NCBI GenBank assembly: GCA_965237635.1
Contig: CBDEFX010000001.1
Span: forward strand, 290,176-354,175
From: Dehalococcoidia bacterium
GTDB taxonomy: Bacteria > Chloroflexota > Dehalococcoidia > Lucifugimonadales > CAUZJF01
Direction of reading: 5' to 3'
DNA length: 64,000 nt
This document shows positions 63,262 through 64,000 of this stretch, piece by piece. The notes beneath the pieces were generated by a model, which was not told where the DNA came from, did not search any database, and was given only the letters and a program-made list of their open reading frames with translations. A program made the translations under genes and the position numbers. Numbering within the stretch: the stretch's first letter is position 1; every line of letters starts with the position of its first letter.

Positions 63262-64000
63262 TCATCGCGCCGCCTCCGTGGACGGTGTCCAGGTATCGGC
63301 TACCGGGTCGTAGACTTCCGCCGAGGTGACGTCGAATGGCTGGAGGCGGCTGCCGCTGGCCCCGCCCGCTACCAGGACCCGGCCGTCCATGAGCAGTGTT
63401 GCTGTGTGCCCGTCGCCGCGGCGTTCTATCGTATCGGCTGCCTTTGACCAGTTTTCCGTCGAGGGATCATATATTTCCGTCGCCCGGTTCGATACGCCTC
63501 CCACGACGAGTACTCGGCCGTCCGAGAGTAGTGTCGCCATGTGCTGGACGCGGCCGGTTGCCATTCCCCCAGTCCCGGACCAGGTCCCGGACGACGGATC
63601 ATATATCTCCGCTGAGGCGAGCGACAAGGCTGCGGCGCCGCCTCCGAAGCCGCCGGTGACAAGCACCCGGCCGTCCGCGAGGACCACTGCCGTAGGCAGG
63701 GCCCGACGCCCAATCAGGCTGCCGGTCGGAGACGACGAGCCCGTCATAGGGTCGTAAAGCTCCACCGAATCCAATTAGCCCCTGCCGCCCCACCCGCCTA
63801 TGTACACCACCCTTCCGCCCCCAAGAAGCGCACTTGTGTGCCACTGACGTGTCCGAATATCAGGAGATGTGGTCGGTCCTCCAGCAGAGGCCCATGTGCT
63901 GGACGACCGGTCGTAAAGCGCAGCCGATGGCCCGAGCCCGCCTACTGCGAGGACCTTGCCGTTCTCCAGCGACTCTAGCAAGATGGAGGGTCTGTTGCCT
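63262..64000 (-). pseudogene. second Kelch-repeat paralog, 5' end outside the window, with an in-frame TAA
   Basis: ..YIGGWGGRG-TAA(63775..63777)-LDSVELYDPMTG aligns residue for residue with YIAGFDSGRVTETVDLYEPLTG of the neighbouring paralog. Confidence 0.65.

Overview
GC-rich bacterial chromosomal segment. Gene content, the DUF5679 mini-gene and the REP-like hairpin types suggest a Chloroflexota-like lineage, but this is unverified inference. Most of the window is core housekeeping. It holds hisF and hisIE, an ABC-2 exporter, rplU-rpmA-rpmE, and the nusA-ylxR-infB-rbfA-truB operon (no rimP). It also holds prs, secA, valS, coaBC, coaX, gdhA and sulfate assimilation genes (cysH, fused sat/cysC). 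Larger clusters are an Opp/Dpp-type ABC importer with no OppB-type permease, an alternative-complex-III-like cluster (actA-B1-B2-C-F-D-E), and a MoxR ATPase followed by a duplicated DUF58 + DUF4129 module. Accessory content includes a MazEF-like pair, an HTH-PIN (VapC) pair, and an AT-richer pair of unknown genes. It also includes an intact IS5/IS1182-type IS with terminal inverted repeats and a 6-bp target duplication, tRNA-Gln(UUG), and two tandem Kelch-repeat genes that are both disrupted. A DinB-family gene is frameshifted. Intergenic gaps are full of REP-like palindromes, and a ~91-bp structured repeat family sits at two convergent gaps. The most interesting signal is two short leader ORFs enriched in cognate codons. 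One reads Val-Val-Val upstream of valS and the other Cys-Met-Cys-Ser-Cys upstream of cysH. Each sits behind a good sigma70-like promoter and is followed about 27 nt later by a strong intrinsic terminator just before the gene's RBS. These are candidate ribosome-mediated attenuators. All calls come from reading the sequence and ORF translations by eye. No database search or folding program was run.
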